A stretch of DNA of 64,000 bases, taken from a bacterium (lineage in GTDB: Bacteria > Actinomycetota > Acidimicrobiia > Spongiisociales > ZC4RG35). The position numbers and the translations under genes are program-made. This document shows positions 1 to 9,522 of this stretch, one piece after another; the stretch's first letter is position 1, and the number at the start of each line of letters is the position of its first letter. The stretch spans positions 3,890-67,889 of the forward strand of contig JAPPLW010000059.1 in NCBI GenBank assembly GCA_028819345.1, in the 5' to 3' direction. The notes beneath the pieces were generated by a model. It was not told where the DNA came from. It ran no database searches and saw only the letters and a list, made by a program, of their open reading frames with translations.

Positions 1-310
1 CCTGAGGACCGGCAGGGGGGTCCGCTGAGGTGTCAGCCGGCCCAGAAACCCTTGCGATGGGAGATAGTCAGCGCATTGGGATCGGCGGGGCAACCGAGAT
101 GTATCGCTCGCCGGAGCGGAACTCGGAACTGCTCCACACAGCGGCACAGAATCGAAGGACTCTCTGACGACCGTCTTGGCAGGCTCTTTCCGTGGATGGT
201 GTCAGTGTTGCCCAATTATCCCGTCCGCGACCTTATTTAATTCCCCTCCTCCCCAGTAAGACCGGCAAATGGAGGGTTAGCCTTTTTGGGAAGCGACGGA
301 AGGAGTTGTA

Positions 311-2026
311 GTGAGTTTGTTCAAGAAGAAGGCAGCGATTGGTGTTTCATTGCTCTTGGTTCTGTCGCTGTTGGCGGCGGCCTGCGGAGACGACGCCGAG
401 GAGGCGCCAGCCACCACGGCGGCCGCTGCGGTAACGACCACCGCCGCCCCCGCCACTACGGCGGCGCCCGCCGAAGAAGATCCTGCGCCGGCCGATGACG
501 ATATGGCCGATGAGGAAATGCCGGCCGAAGAAGACGACATGGCCGATGACGACATGATGGAAGAGGACCCGGACGCTCCCAAACGCGGCGGCGACCTTGT
601 CTTCGCCCGCCACAGGGACAACACGACCCTCGACCCCGGTGCGGCGGTGGAGACCGACACCATCTACGTGCTCGATCACATCTTCGAGACCCTGTTCGCC
701 ACCAGCGCCGACGGGGCCTCGGTGGATCCCTGGCTGGCCAGCGGCTCCGAGGTCTCAGAGGACGGGAAGTCGTGGACCGTCACCCTGCGTGAAGGGGTGG
801 AGTTCTCCAACGGTCAACCCATGACATCAGCCGACGTGAAATGGTCAATACAGAGGGCCATCGACGAGGCCGCATTCGGTTTCCTGCTGTCGGCCATCGA
901 GTCGATCGAAACCCCCGACGACATGACGGTGGTGTTCAACACCAGCTTCCCGTGGGCGCCGTTCCTTGCCGACCTCTCGGTGTGGGCGGCGGCCATCATG
1001 CCTGCCGACTACGCAGGCATGAGCGCCGAGGAGTTCTTCGAGAACCCGATCGGCACCGGACCCTTCCTCTTCGATGAGTGGGTCCCCGGCGAGTACATCC
1101 GGCTGGTGAGGAACGACAACTACTGGCAGGAGGGAAAGCCCTACGTGGACAGCGTCACCTGGACCCAGGTCCCGGACGACAACACCCGCGTGCTCCAGTT
1201 GGAGGGCGGCCAGGCGCACATCGTCCAGAATGTGCCGCTCAACGTGTTGGACTCCCTCAACGAGAAGGACGGCATTAACGCCACCACCTTCCCGGCCACC
1301 ACGGTCTACTGGGTAAGCTTCAACACCACCATCGAGCCGTTCAACGACCGCCACGTGCGGCGGGCGATCGCCCACGCCATCGACCAGGACGCCATAGCCA
1401 ACGCCGCCCTGTTCGGACACGGCGGACCGGCCTGCTCGGTGATATCCCCGGCGGTGCCGTTCCACGATCCCGACACGCCCTGCCTGGAGTCCAACATGGA
1501 CCTGGCGCGGGCCGAACTGGCCCAGTCGAGCGTACCGGACGGCTTCGCTGCCGAGTACCTGGTGGGCGACCAGTCGCCGAACCTGCCGATCGTCGAGATC
1601 ATCCAGGGCCAGCTTGCGCCGCTGGGTATCGACATCACGATCCGGACCATCGACCCGGGGCAGTTCTACTCCACCATCTTCGTGTTCGACTACGAGATAG
1701 CGTTCACCGGGTGGACGATGGACATCCCCGACCCGGACCAGAAGATCTCCTTCATGTTCGACCCGGAACTGGGTGGAGGCGACTCATACAGCACCGGTTA
1801 CGACAACCCGGACATGATCGAGTTGGTGAGAGCCGGCCAGACGACGTTTGCTGACGCCGATCGAGCAAAGATCTATGCCGACATCCAGGCGCTCAACGCC
1901 GAAGAGGTGCCGTTCATCCCCCTGGTGGTGCTGGACGCGCCGTTCGCCTGGAGCGACAGTGTCAAGGGCCTGTGGGTGAACCCGGTCGGCAAGCGCCACC
2001 TGGAAGACGTTTGGCTGGACGAGTAA
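311..2026 (+). CDS. ABC transporter substrate-binding lipoprotein, peptide/nickel (family 5, DppA/OppA-like)
   Basis: GTG start preceded by GGAAGGAG. Signal peptide with lipobox LLAAC. 571 aa with family-5 SBP-like sequence. First gene of a five-gene ABC operon. Confidence 0.85.
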   Translation: MSLFKKKAAIGVSLLLVLSLLAAACGDDAEEAPATTAAAAVTTTAAPATTAAPAEEDPAPADDDMADEEMPAEEDDMADDDMMEEDPDAPKRGGDLVFARHRDNTTLDPGAAVETDTIYVLDHIFETLFATSADGASVDPWLASGSEVSEDGKSWTVTLREGVEFSNGQPMTSADVKWSIQRAIDEAAFGFLLSAIESIETPDDMTVVFNTSFPWAPFLADLSVWAAAIMPADYAGMSAEEFFENPIGTGPFLFDEWVPGEYIRLVRNDNYWQEGKPYVDSVTWTQVPDDNTRVLQLEGGQAHIVQNVPLNVLDSLNEKDGINATTFPATTVYWVSFNTTIEPFNDRHVRRAIAHAIDQDAIANAALFGHGGPACSVISPAVPFHDPDTPCLESNMDLARAELAQSSVPDGFAAEYLVGDQSPNLPIVEIIQGQLAPLGIDITIRTIDPGQFYSTIFVFDYEIAFTGWTMDIPDPDQKISFMFDPELGGGDSYSTGYDNPDMIELVRAGQTTFADADRAKIYADIQALNAEEVPFIPLVVLDAPFAWSDSVKGLWVNPVGKRHLEDVWLDE

Positions 2027-2055
2027 AGACAGTCTTGTAGCAGGCGGCTCGGGAG

Positions 2056-2994
2056 ATGGCCCTCAGGTACTTCCTCCGCCGCCTGCTCCGGATGATCCCG
2101 GTGATCCTGGGGATGACGATCATCGTCTTCTTCATGATCCACTTGGTGCCCGGGGACCCGGCGCGCACGCTCCTGGGACCCCGGGCGCCCGCCGAGGCGA
2201 TCGAGGCGTTCAATCTGAGGTGGGGGTTCGATCGTCCCCTGCATGAACAGTTCCTCTCGTTCCTGGGAGGCCTCTTCCAGGGGGACCTGGGGACCTCCAT
2301 GAGCTACAACGTCCCCACAACCGAACTGGTATCGGGCCGGTTCACGCCCACCCTGTTGCTGCTGGGGATCTCGGCGCTTTTCGCCATGATCATCTCCCTG
2401 CCGCTGGCGGTGGTGGCCGCCCTCCGGGAGGAGCGGACGCCCGACCATGTGGTGCGGGTGATCCCGATGGTGGGCCTCGGCCTGCCGGCCTTCTGGGTGG
2501 GGATCCTCCTTCTGACGTTCGTGGCACTGCGGGTTGACTGGCTCCCGGTCGGCGGGTACGGCGCCACCTGGCCCGATCGCCTGATCGCCATGATCCTCCC
2601 GGGGTTGACAGTGGCGATCGGGATCGCTCCTTTCACCATCCGCAGCCTCCGGTCGTCTCTGATCGAGGTGATGGAGGCCGACTACATCGCCACCGCCCGC
2701 GCCAAGGGCCTGGGCGGAGTCCGGGTGCTGTGGGCGCATGGCCTTCGCAACGCGGTGATTCCCACCGTCACCGTGCTGGGGGTGAACCTGGGGTGGCTAG
2801 TGGGGAACACACTGATAGTGGAGAAGGTGTTCGCCCTCCCCGGCTTGGGGGCGCTGATGATCGACGCGGTCCTGGAACGCGACTTCGCGGTCGTCCAGGG
2901 AATGGCGTTGATATTCGGGCTGCTGGTGGTGCTGGTGAACCTCCTGGCCGACGTGGTGCGGGCGTCGCTCGATCCCCGGGTCCAGTTGTCATGA
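2056..2994 (+). CDS. ABC transporter permease (DppB/OppB-like)
   Basis: N-terminus MALRYFLRRLLRMIPVILGMTIIVFFMIHLVPGDP is the canonical DppB/OppB start. Multiple TM segments. Confidence 0.9.
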   Translation: MALRYFLRRLLRMIPVILGMTIIVFFMIHLVPGDPARTLLGPRAPAEAIEAFNLRWGFDRPLHEQFLSFLGGLFQGDLGTSMSYNVPTTELVSGRFTPTLLLLGISALFAMIISLPLAVVAALREERTPDHVVRVIPMVGLGLPAFWVGILLLTFVALRVDWLPVGGYGATWPDRLIAMILPGLTVAIGIAPFTIRSLRSSLIEVMEADYIATARAKGLGGVRVLWAHGLRNAVIPTVTVLGVNLGWLVGNTLIVEKVFALPGLGALMIDAVLERDFAVVQGMALIFGLLVVLVNLLADVVRASLDPRVQLS

Positions 2995-3833
2995 CCGCGG
3001 TCTCGCGCTCCGCGTCCCCGAAGGCGGCCCGGGGTCGCCGGTCGTTTTCGCTGATGATCGGCGCGGGCCTCTTGGGGGTGATAGTTGTGCTCGCAATCCT
3101 GGCGCCGTGGATCACCCCACACGATCCCCTCGCTCACAACCTGGACTCGATCCTGGCGCCGCCTTCGTCCGACTACCTGCTGGGCACCGATCACCTGGGC
3201 CGGGACGTGTGGACTCGCCTTCTGTATGCGGCGCGGCTCGATCTCCTGATCGGGGTGGGGGCGGTGATCACCCCGTTCGTGACCGGGACGCTGCTGGGCG
3301 CGGTGGCCGGCTATTACGGCGGGCGGATCGACCTGGCGGTCTCCGCCGCCACCGACATGCTGTTCGCCTTCCCCTATTACGTTCTGATCATCGCCCTGGT
3401 GTTCTCCCTGGGACCCGGCATCCCCTCGATCTTCATCGCCATGGCGATCGTGGCCTGGGTGTCCTATGCCCGGATAGTGCGGGGGGAGGTGCTGTCGGCC
3501 AGAGGCCAGCAATATGTTATGGCGGCCAAGACACTGGGGTACTCGGACCTGCGCATCATCGTGCGTCACATCCTTCCCAACGTGATCACCCAGCCGGTGA
3601 CATACGCCATGTCGGACATAGTGGTGATCATCGTGGGCGTGGTCACCCTCAGCTACCTGGGCCTGGGCGTCCCGCCCCCGACGCCTGACTGGGGGTCGAT
3701 GATCGCCTCGGGACAGAGCTACCTCACCACCCAGTGGCAGTTGTCGACCATCCCCGGGATCGCGGTGGTGATCGTCGGATTGTCCTTCTCCCTGATCGGA
3801 GACGGGCTGACTCACAGGCTGCGTCCCGAATGA
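2991..3833 (+). CDS. ABC transporter permease (DppC/OppC-like)
   Basis: ATGA start/stop overlap with upstream permease at 2991-2994. Carries the ILAPWITPHDP...LLGTDHLGRDV motif of DppC-type permeases. Confidence 0.85.
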   Translation: MTAVSRSASPKAARGRRSFSLMIGAGLLGVIVVLAILAPWITPHDPLAHNLDSILAPPSSDYLLGTDHLGRDVWTRLLYAARLDLLIGVGAVITPFVTGTLLGAVAGYYGGRIDLAVSAATDMLFAFPYYVLIIALVFSLGPGIPSIFIAMAIVAWVSYARIVRGEVLSARGQQYVMAAKTLGYSDLRIIVRHILPNVITQPVTYAMSDIVVIIVGVVTLSYLGLGVPPPTPDWGSMIASGQSYLTTQWQLSTIPGIAVVIVGLSFSLIGDGLTHRLRPE

Positions 3834-4825
3834 GCGCGCCGGTACTCCAAGTCCGCGATCTGCGGGTGCGGCTCTCTTCACCCCGGGGTGTCGTGCAAGC
3901 AGTGCGGGGGGTGTCCTTCGACGTCCAAGCCGGGCACACCCATGGCATTGTCGGCGAGTCGGGCAGCGGGAAGACCACCCTGCTGCGGTCCATCCTGGGG
4001 CTTCTGCCCGGGAACGCCACCGCCGCCGGGGCCATCTCGGTCTCCGGTCGCCAGGTCCCCCTGGCCGGGGGGCGGACCAAGGCGGTGGACGGGGTCAGCA
4101 TCGTGTTCCAGGAGCCGATGACCGCCCTCAACCCGGTGGTGAGGGTGGGTCATCAGATTTCGGAGGCGCCCAGGCACAAACTGGGCCTGGGGCGAAGGGC
4201 CGCCCGGGACCGGGCCCTGGAACTCATGCGCCAGGTGGGGATCCCCGACCCGGTGCGGCGCTTCGACGCCTACCCGCACGAGCTTTCGGGAGGGCTGAGC
4301 CAACGGGTGCTGATCGCCATCGCCCTGTCGGCCGAACCCAAGATCATCCTCTGTGACGAGCCCACCACCGCCCTGGATGTCACCGTGCAGGACCAGATCC
4401 TCAAGCTGTTCAGCCGGATCTCGGAGGAGACCGGGGTGGCGATCGTGTATGTCACCCACGACCTGGCGGTGGTGGCCCAGACCTGTCGGACGGTGTCGGT
4501 GATGTACGCCGGGCAGTTCCTCGAGTCGGGGACCATCGACGCGGTGTTCGGACGGTCTCGCCACCCCTACACCCTGGGGCTCCTGGGGGCGGTGCCCGAC
4601 GTCAGCCGCGGGCGGACCCCGTTGGTGGCCATACCGGGATCGCCGCCCGATCTGGTCAGTCCCGGCAAGGGCTGTCCGTTCCTGCCGAGATGCTCCTACG
4701 CACGGGAGGAGTGCTCCCGCGGAGAATTCTCCCTCCAGAGCCTCAATCACCATCAGGCGACGGCCTGCATACGCTCCGATGCGCTGGTGGGGGCGGTGGG
4801 CGCTGCGGAGGCGGACGCATCGTGA
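3830..4825 (+). CDS. ABC transporter ATP-binding protein (DppD/OppD-like)
   Basis: ATGA overlap at 3830-3833. Walker A GESGSGKTT, signature LSGGLSQR, and the C-terminal oligopeptide-transporter extension. Confidence 0.9.
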   Translation: MSAPVLQVRDLRVRLSSPRGVVQAVRGVSFDVQAGHTHGIVGESGSGKTTLLRSILGLLPGNATAAGAISVSGRQVPLAGGRTKAVDGVSIVFQEPMTALNPVVRVGHQISEAPRHKLGLGRRAARDRALELMRQVGIPDPVRRFDAYPHELSGGLSQRVLIAIALSAEPKIILCDEPTTALDVTVQDQILKLFSRISEETGVAIVYVTHDLAVVAQTCRTVSVMYAGQFLESGTIDAVFGRSRHPYTLGLLGAVPDVSRGRTPLVAIPGSPPDLVSPGKGCPFLPRCSYAREECSRGEFSLQSLNHHQATACIRSDALVGAVGAAEADAS

Positions 4826-5856
4826 CCGCCCGACCGATCCTCGAGGCCCGCGGCCTGGCCAAGACGTTCTCTTCGAGACGCTCGGTGGCGGACGTGGTCT
4901 TCCGGCGGCCCACCGAGGAACTCCAGGCGCTGGAGGACGTCAGCTTTCAGGTGGTGCGGGGGGAGAGCCTGGGGATCGTCGGCGAGTCGGGGTGCGGCAA
5001 GTCCACCCTGGCCCGGTGCCTGGTTGGACTGTACCCGCCCACGTCGGGACAGACGGTCTATGAGGGAGTGGAATTCGAGGGGAAGCGGTCCTTCTCGGAC
5101 CGGAAGAAGATCCAGATCGTATTCCAGGACCCCTACTCGTCATTGAACGCCCGGATGACCATCGGCCAGGCCCTCCGGGAGGTGCTCCGGGTGCACAAGG
5201 TGGTGGCCTCCGACCGGGTGGCCAGCCGGGCGGTGGAACTGTTGGCGCTGGTGGGCCTCGACGCCGACATCGCCAACGTCTATCCCCGCCAGTTGTCGGG
5301 AGGCCAGCGTCAGCGGGTGAACATAGCCCGCGCCCTGGCGGTGGAGCCCGAGGTCCTGATCGCCGATGAGCCGGTCTCCGCACTGGACGTCTCCATCCAG
5401 GCGACGGTCCTGAACCTGCTGGCCTCGCTTCGGGAGCGGCTCGGCCTGACGCTGATCCTCATCGCTCACGACCTGAGCGTGGTGAGGTACCTGTGCGACC
5501 GGGTGGCGGTGATGTACATGGGCCGGATCGTGGAGATCGCCGCCACCGAGGAACTCTTCGAAAACCCCCGCCACCCCTACACCCAGGCGCTTCTTGCGGC
5601 CGCTCCCAGCCTGGAGCGAAAGAGCCGGGACGACGCCCGCTCGATCAGCGGAGACCCTCCCAGCCCCTTCGCCCTGCCGGAGGGATGCCCCTTCCATCCC
5701 CGCTGCCCGATGGCCACCGACCACTGCGCCATGGTTCGGCCTCCCCTTGACGAGGGACCGGGCGAATCAATCCATCGGGCCGCCTGCCACTACGCCTGGG
5801 CGCCGCCCGCCCCCCACCACATCCCGTTGATCCGAGGAGAGGAGAACTTCCGATGA
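4822..5856 (+). CDS. ABC transporter ATP-binding protein (DppF/OppF-like)
   Basis: GTGA overlap at 4822-4825. Walker A GESGCGKST, signature LSGGQRQR, C-terminal Cys-rich extension. Confidence 0.9.
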   Translation: MTARPILEARGLAKTFSSRRSVADVVFRRPTEELQALEDVSFQVVRGESLGIVGESGCGKSTLARCLVGLYPPTSGQTVYEGVEFEGKRSFSDRKKIQIVFQDPYSSLNARMTIGQALREVLRVHKVVASDRVASRAVELLALVGLDADIANVYPRQLSGGQRQRVNIARALAVEPEVLIADEPVSALDVSIQATVLNLLASLRERLGLTLILIAHDLSVVRYLCDRVAVMYMGRIVEIAATEELFENPRHPYTQALLAAAPSLERKSRDDARSISGDPPSPFALPEGCPFHPRCPMATDHCAMVRPPLDEGPGESIHRAACHYAWAPPAPHHIPLIRGEENFR

Positions 5857-7055
5857 GCGTGACCATTCTGCAAGCAAGGCAGGTCCTGACCGGCGGGGAC
5901 GATCCGCCCATTCACCGCGGCGGGGTCCGGGTGAGGGGGTCGAAGATCGTGGCCGTGGGCCGGGCCGATGACATCCGAGAGCCCGAGGACGAGGTTGTGG
6001 ATTTCGGCGAGGCAACGCTGCTTCCGGGGCTGATCGACTGCCACGAGCACCTCTCGGGGCACGACCGTTACGCGATCGGCGACCCGAGCGTGGTGGAGCC
6101 GCCCATGATGTACGCGCTGGTGGGCGTCTACCACACTCGCCGGCTGGTGCGCATCGGGGTGACGACCGCCCGGATCCCCGGAGCGCCGGGACACATCGAC
6201 CTGATGATCCGACGGGCCATCCGGGAGGGCTACCTGCTAGGTCCCAAGATGGTGTGCGCGGGTGAGTTGATCGTCATGACCGGCGGGCACGGCTCGATGT
6301 GGGGGGCGGAGGTGGACGGACCCTGGGAAGCCAAGAAGGCCGCCCGCGCCCAGCTCAAAGCCGGCGCCGACTTTGTGAAGATCGTCGCCTCGGGAGGGGT
6401 GGGGATCACTCGAGAGGGAGAGCTTCCCTCCCAGCCGGAGTTGTCAGTGGTGGAGATGGCCGCCGCGGCGGATGCGGTGCATTCGGCCGACCGAAGGATC
6501 ACCGCCCATGCCGACGGGGTTCCCGGAATCTCAAATGCCCTGGAGGCTGGGGTGGACTGCATCGAGCACGGGATCTACCTGAACGCCGACCATGCCAAGT
6601 TCATGGCCGACAACGGCGTTGCGTTGGTGCCCACCCTCTCCACCATGCAGGGCATCTATCACCACGGGATCGAGTACGGGATGCCCGAGACCTGGATCCC
6701 GATCGCCGAGGCGATCCTCGAACCTCACCTCGAGTCATTCCGCCACGCCCTCGAGGCGGGGGTCCACTTCGCGGCCGGCACCGACGGGTTCGGCGACATC
6801 GTGGACGAGATGATCATCTTCACCACCTTCGGGATCGACAACTACCGGGCCATCCAGTCGGCCACCCGGGACGCCGCGTTGGTCATTTCACCGCGTCCCG
6901 ACTTCGGGGTGCTGGAGGAGGGCAAGGCCGCCGACATTATCGCGGTGGACGGCGACCCGCTGGACGATCTGAATGCTCTCAGGTCGGTGGAGTTCGTAAT
7001 GATCGACGGAGAGGTGCTGGTCTCCAACGGTTCCGTAAGAGAGGAAGTGAGCTAA
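5853..7055 (+). CDS. Metal-dependent amidohydrolase family protein
   Basis: ATGA overlap with upstream ATPase. Sequence LPGLIDCHEHL and the overall fold point to the amidohydrolase superfamily (imidazolonepropionase/Xaa-Pro dipeptidase-like). Confidence 0.75.
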   Translation: MSVTILQARQVLTGGDDPPIHRGGVRVRGSKIVAVGRADDIREPEDEVVDFGEATLLPGLIDCHEHLSGHDRYAIGDPSVVEPPMMYALVGVYHTRRLVRIGVTTARIPGAPGHIDLMIRRAIREGYLLGPKMVCAGELIVMTGGHGSMWGAEVDGPWEAKKAARAQLKAGADFVKIVASGGVGITREGELPSQPELSVVEMAAAADAVHSADRRITAHADGVPGISNALEAGVDCIEHGIYLNADHAKFMADNGVALVPTLSTMQGIYHHGIEYGMPETWIPIAEAILEPHLESFRHALEAGVHFAAGTDGFGDIVDEMIIFTTFGIDNYRAIQSATRDAALVISPRPDFGVLEEGKAADIIAVDGDPLDDLNALRSVEFVMIDGEVLVSNGSVREEVS

Positions 7056-8059
7056 TGGATGTGGGATTTCCCGAGTTGTTCCAGGCCGCATTGGAATCGG
7101 TGCGGCGCTGTCAGGTCACCGCGGATGAGCGGGTGGTCGTTTACACCGATTCGGAGAAGAACCCGGCGATGGTCGAAGCTTGGTACGCCGCCGCCCTGGC
7201 CACCGGCGCCGACGTCACCCTGATCCGGGCCACCGCCCGGTTCCCCGAGACCGATCCCCCCGAGGTGGCTCTCACCGCCATGAGATCGGCCGACATCATC
7301 TTCGACCTCGCCTCCAACACCTGGCTGTACGCGCCCGGACTGCCTCCCATCATCGAAGCGGGCGCCCGGATCCTGCAGGTCCTGGTGCCGGAGCGTTCCA
7401 TCATCGACCGGCCCCCCACCGACGACATCCTGTGGAGAGCCGACGTCTCAGAGGCGTTGACCGCCGACACGCAGGAGATCCACATCACCAGTCCCCTGGG
7501 GACCGACCTGCGGGGCAGGCGGGGCGACAGCCCGTGGCATGCCCAGCGGGGATACGTGTGGGAGTCGCGCCAGTGGGACAGCTACGGGGTGTGCATGATC
7601 AACTGCGCGCCGGAGGTCGAGACGGTGGAGGGAGTGGTCTACTTCAACGGTCCGATGATCCTCTTCCCCCAGTACTGCTACACCACCAAGACCCCGATCC
7701 GAGTCGAGGTGGAAGCGGGACGGCTCGTCCACATCGACACCGACCACGAGGAGGCGAGGACATTCGACCGCTGGATCCGCCAGTTCGACGACCCCAACCT
7801 GTACCTGGTGGCCCATCTCGGCTTCGGATTCGACCCGAGAGCCGACCTGGAGTCGTTCGACCTGGCCGCCTGGGAGAGCTACTACGGGGGCGTGGTGGTG
7901 GCCTTCGGAGCAAACACGGCCCCCCAACTAGACGGAACCATAAGCGCCACGGGCCACATGGACGGCATCCTCCTGGAAGCCAACCTCACCCTCGACGGCG
8001 TCCCCATCATCGAGAACGGCGAATTCGTGGAATCAACCGGCCTGCGCTCACCCGGCTGA
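7055..8059 (+). CDS. Conserved protein, possibly M29 aminopeptidase / NicX-like family
   Basis: TAATG overlap with upstream stop. The 334 aa ORF continues cleanly past the frame that overlaps the amidohydrolase. Family assignment is a tentative recognition only. Confidence 0.35.
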   Translation: MDVGFPELFQAALESVRRCQVTADERVVVYTDSEKNPAMVEAWYAAALATGADVTLIRATARFPETDPPEVALTAMRSADIIFDLASNTWLYAPGLPPIIEAGARILQVLVPERSIIDRPPTDDILWRADVSEALTADTQEIHITSPLGTDLRGRRGDSPWHAQRGYVWESRQWDSYGVCMINCAPEVETVEGVVYFNGPMILFPQYCYTTKTPIRVEVEAGRLVHIDTDHEEARTFDRWIRQFDDPNLYLVAHLGFGFDPRADLESFDLAAWESYYGGVVVAFGANTAPQLDGTISATGHMDGILLEANLTLDGVPIIENGEFVESTGLRSPG

Positions 8060-8129
8060 CACCATTGGCGAACAGGAATACACTCGGCGCCTTGAGGACC
8101 AGTTTGTCGGTGATCAATTTGGCTGATTC

Positions 8130-8570
8130 GTGTCAAGACTGAAGGCAGCCACGGACGGATCTGCGGACAAACCCGGACCGGGGGCGGGCGGCTGGGCGTG
8201 GGTCACCAGCGAAGGTACCTGGGCGTGGGGAAACCGTCCACGAACAGACAACATCCGCATGGAATTGACCGCGGTGCTGAAGCTGCTCAAATCGCATCCC
8301 GACCGGCCGCTCCTGATCCACGCGGAAGCACCGGTGTTCAACACCTTCACTGATTGGATCCACCGGTGGCGAGTGAACGGCATGCGAAGAGCCAACGGCC
8401 GCAAACCCAAGAACATCGACCTGATAAACCAGATCGATGCGCTCCTGGTCGGGGAAGACCACATCAGGTGGAAACTGGTAAGGGCCAGCGGCGGTGATCG
8501 CCTCAACGAGAGCGCAGACCGGCTGGCCGGGTTCGCGCGATCTCAAGCCAGACTCGGGCACTGGCGCTGA
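8130..8570 (+). CDS. rnhA: Ribonuclease HI
   Basis: TDGSADKPGPGAGGWAWV...ELTAVLKLL...NESADRLA pattern places the conserved RNase H1 acidic residues correctly. About 146 aa. GTG start likely. Confidence 0.7.
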   Translation: MSRLKAATDGSADKPGPGAGGWAWVTSEGTWAWGNRPRTDNIRMELTAVLKLLKSHPDRPLLIHAEAPVFNTFTDWIHRWRVNGMRRANGRKPKNIDLINQIDALLVGEDHIRWKLVRASGGDRLNESADRLAGFARSQARLGHWR

Positions 8571-8735
8571 CTTGCCTCTTCCCCCGGGGGGCGAAATGAC
8601 GAAGAGGGTCGAGAAGCTGGCCGAGTCGTAGAAGCAAACTCAACTCATAGAACTGGAGAAGGCGGTTTGCCGGTCCGAACCCTTCGCGTCACTTGGCCAG
8701 CACACCCACCTGACCTGTCGGTTGGTTGAAGGTCC

Positions 8736-9266
8736 TTAGCCAGGAAGAAAGTCCGGAGGACGCCGCCGCGCCGGCGCCTCGATTAGTTCGATGATCACGC
8801 CCAGTTCCGGCTCGGTGTCGATATAGGCGAATCCGCCGTCTCCGTCCAACCCGTGCCCGAAGCCTGCCATCAGTATCTCGTACCCAGCCTCTTGCATTGC
8901 CTCTACCTCGGTCTCGATCGAGTCGACCAGGATCCCCAGGTGGTGGAGACCCTCCCCCCGCCGCTCCAGCCAATCCTCGTAGATGTTGGGACCGGCCAGC
9001 GACTGGACCAACTCGATCTGCGGATTGGCGCCGGTCCAGGCGACCTTCATCCGATAATCAGCCGGCTTGCCCAGGTAGCTGAGGGAACGGACGTTGTCGG
9101 ATGAGTAGACGTATCCCCTCCAACCCTCGAGACCCCACATCGACCCGTACGTGTCCAGGGCGCGATCGATGTCCCTGACGACTATGCCGATCTGCCCCAC
9201 CGGCTTCCCACCGAGGATGGGGACCTCCCGGCGAACTGTCTCACCGAGCCCACTTCCGGATTTCAC
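8736..9266 (-). CDS. VOC family protein (glyoxalase / methylmalonyl-CoA epimerase-like)
   Basis: 176 aa with a paired beta-alpha-beta-beta-beta module pattern, HHLGILVDS motif. Confidence 0.6.
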   Translation of the reverse strand: MKSGSGLGETVRREVPILGGKPVGQIGIVVRDIDRALDTYGSMWGLEGWRGYVYSSDNVRSLSYLGKPADYRMKVAWTGANPQIELVQSLAGPNIYEDWLERRGEGLHHLGILVDSIETEVEAMQEAGYEILMAGFGHGLDGDGGFAYIDTEPELGVIIELIEAPARRRPPDFLPG

Positions 9267-9522
9267 CGACGCCTGCCCTTCCGACCAGTGCCGAGCCCAA
9301 GGCCACCGGTAGCGGATACCGTCCGGTCACACTCCCGGCATGCGGACCACGAGGACCGAAACCAGGGTATTCGATATGAGGTCATGGGAAAATCGTGTGC
9401 CTGCGTCGACGGGGGTGCTTGTGTTCGGAACTTTACAAGACCGTGCTGGAGAGGCGGCGGAGAAGTGGCGTCAGTAGAGTCTCGAGTGGGCACAGTTATC
9501 CATGCCGACCTGGGGGAATGCA

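Noticed and set aside
52-240. Open frame at the left edge (62 aa) and its antisense partner 33-215
   Set aside because: No recognisable protein features, no start context, mixed codon bias. Probably non-coding upstream region of the ABC operon.
2682-3881. 399-aa and other long minus-strand ORFs antisense to the peptide ABC operon (also 1873-2739 and 3878-4753)
   Set aside because: Same high-GC artefact. No start context, Arg/Gly/His-rich translation, and overlapped by bona fide permease and ATPase genes.
6299-7054. N-terminal 250 codons of the 586-aa plus ORF overlapping the amidohydrolase gene in another frame
   Set aside because: Arg-rich nonsense translation. The real gene begins at the ATG at 7055, which overlaps the upstream stop by 1 nt.
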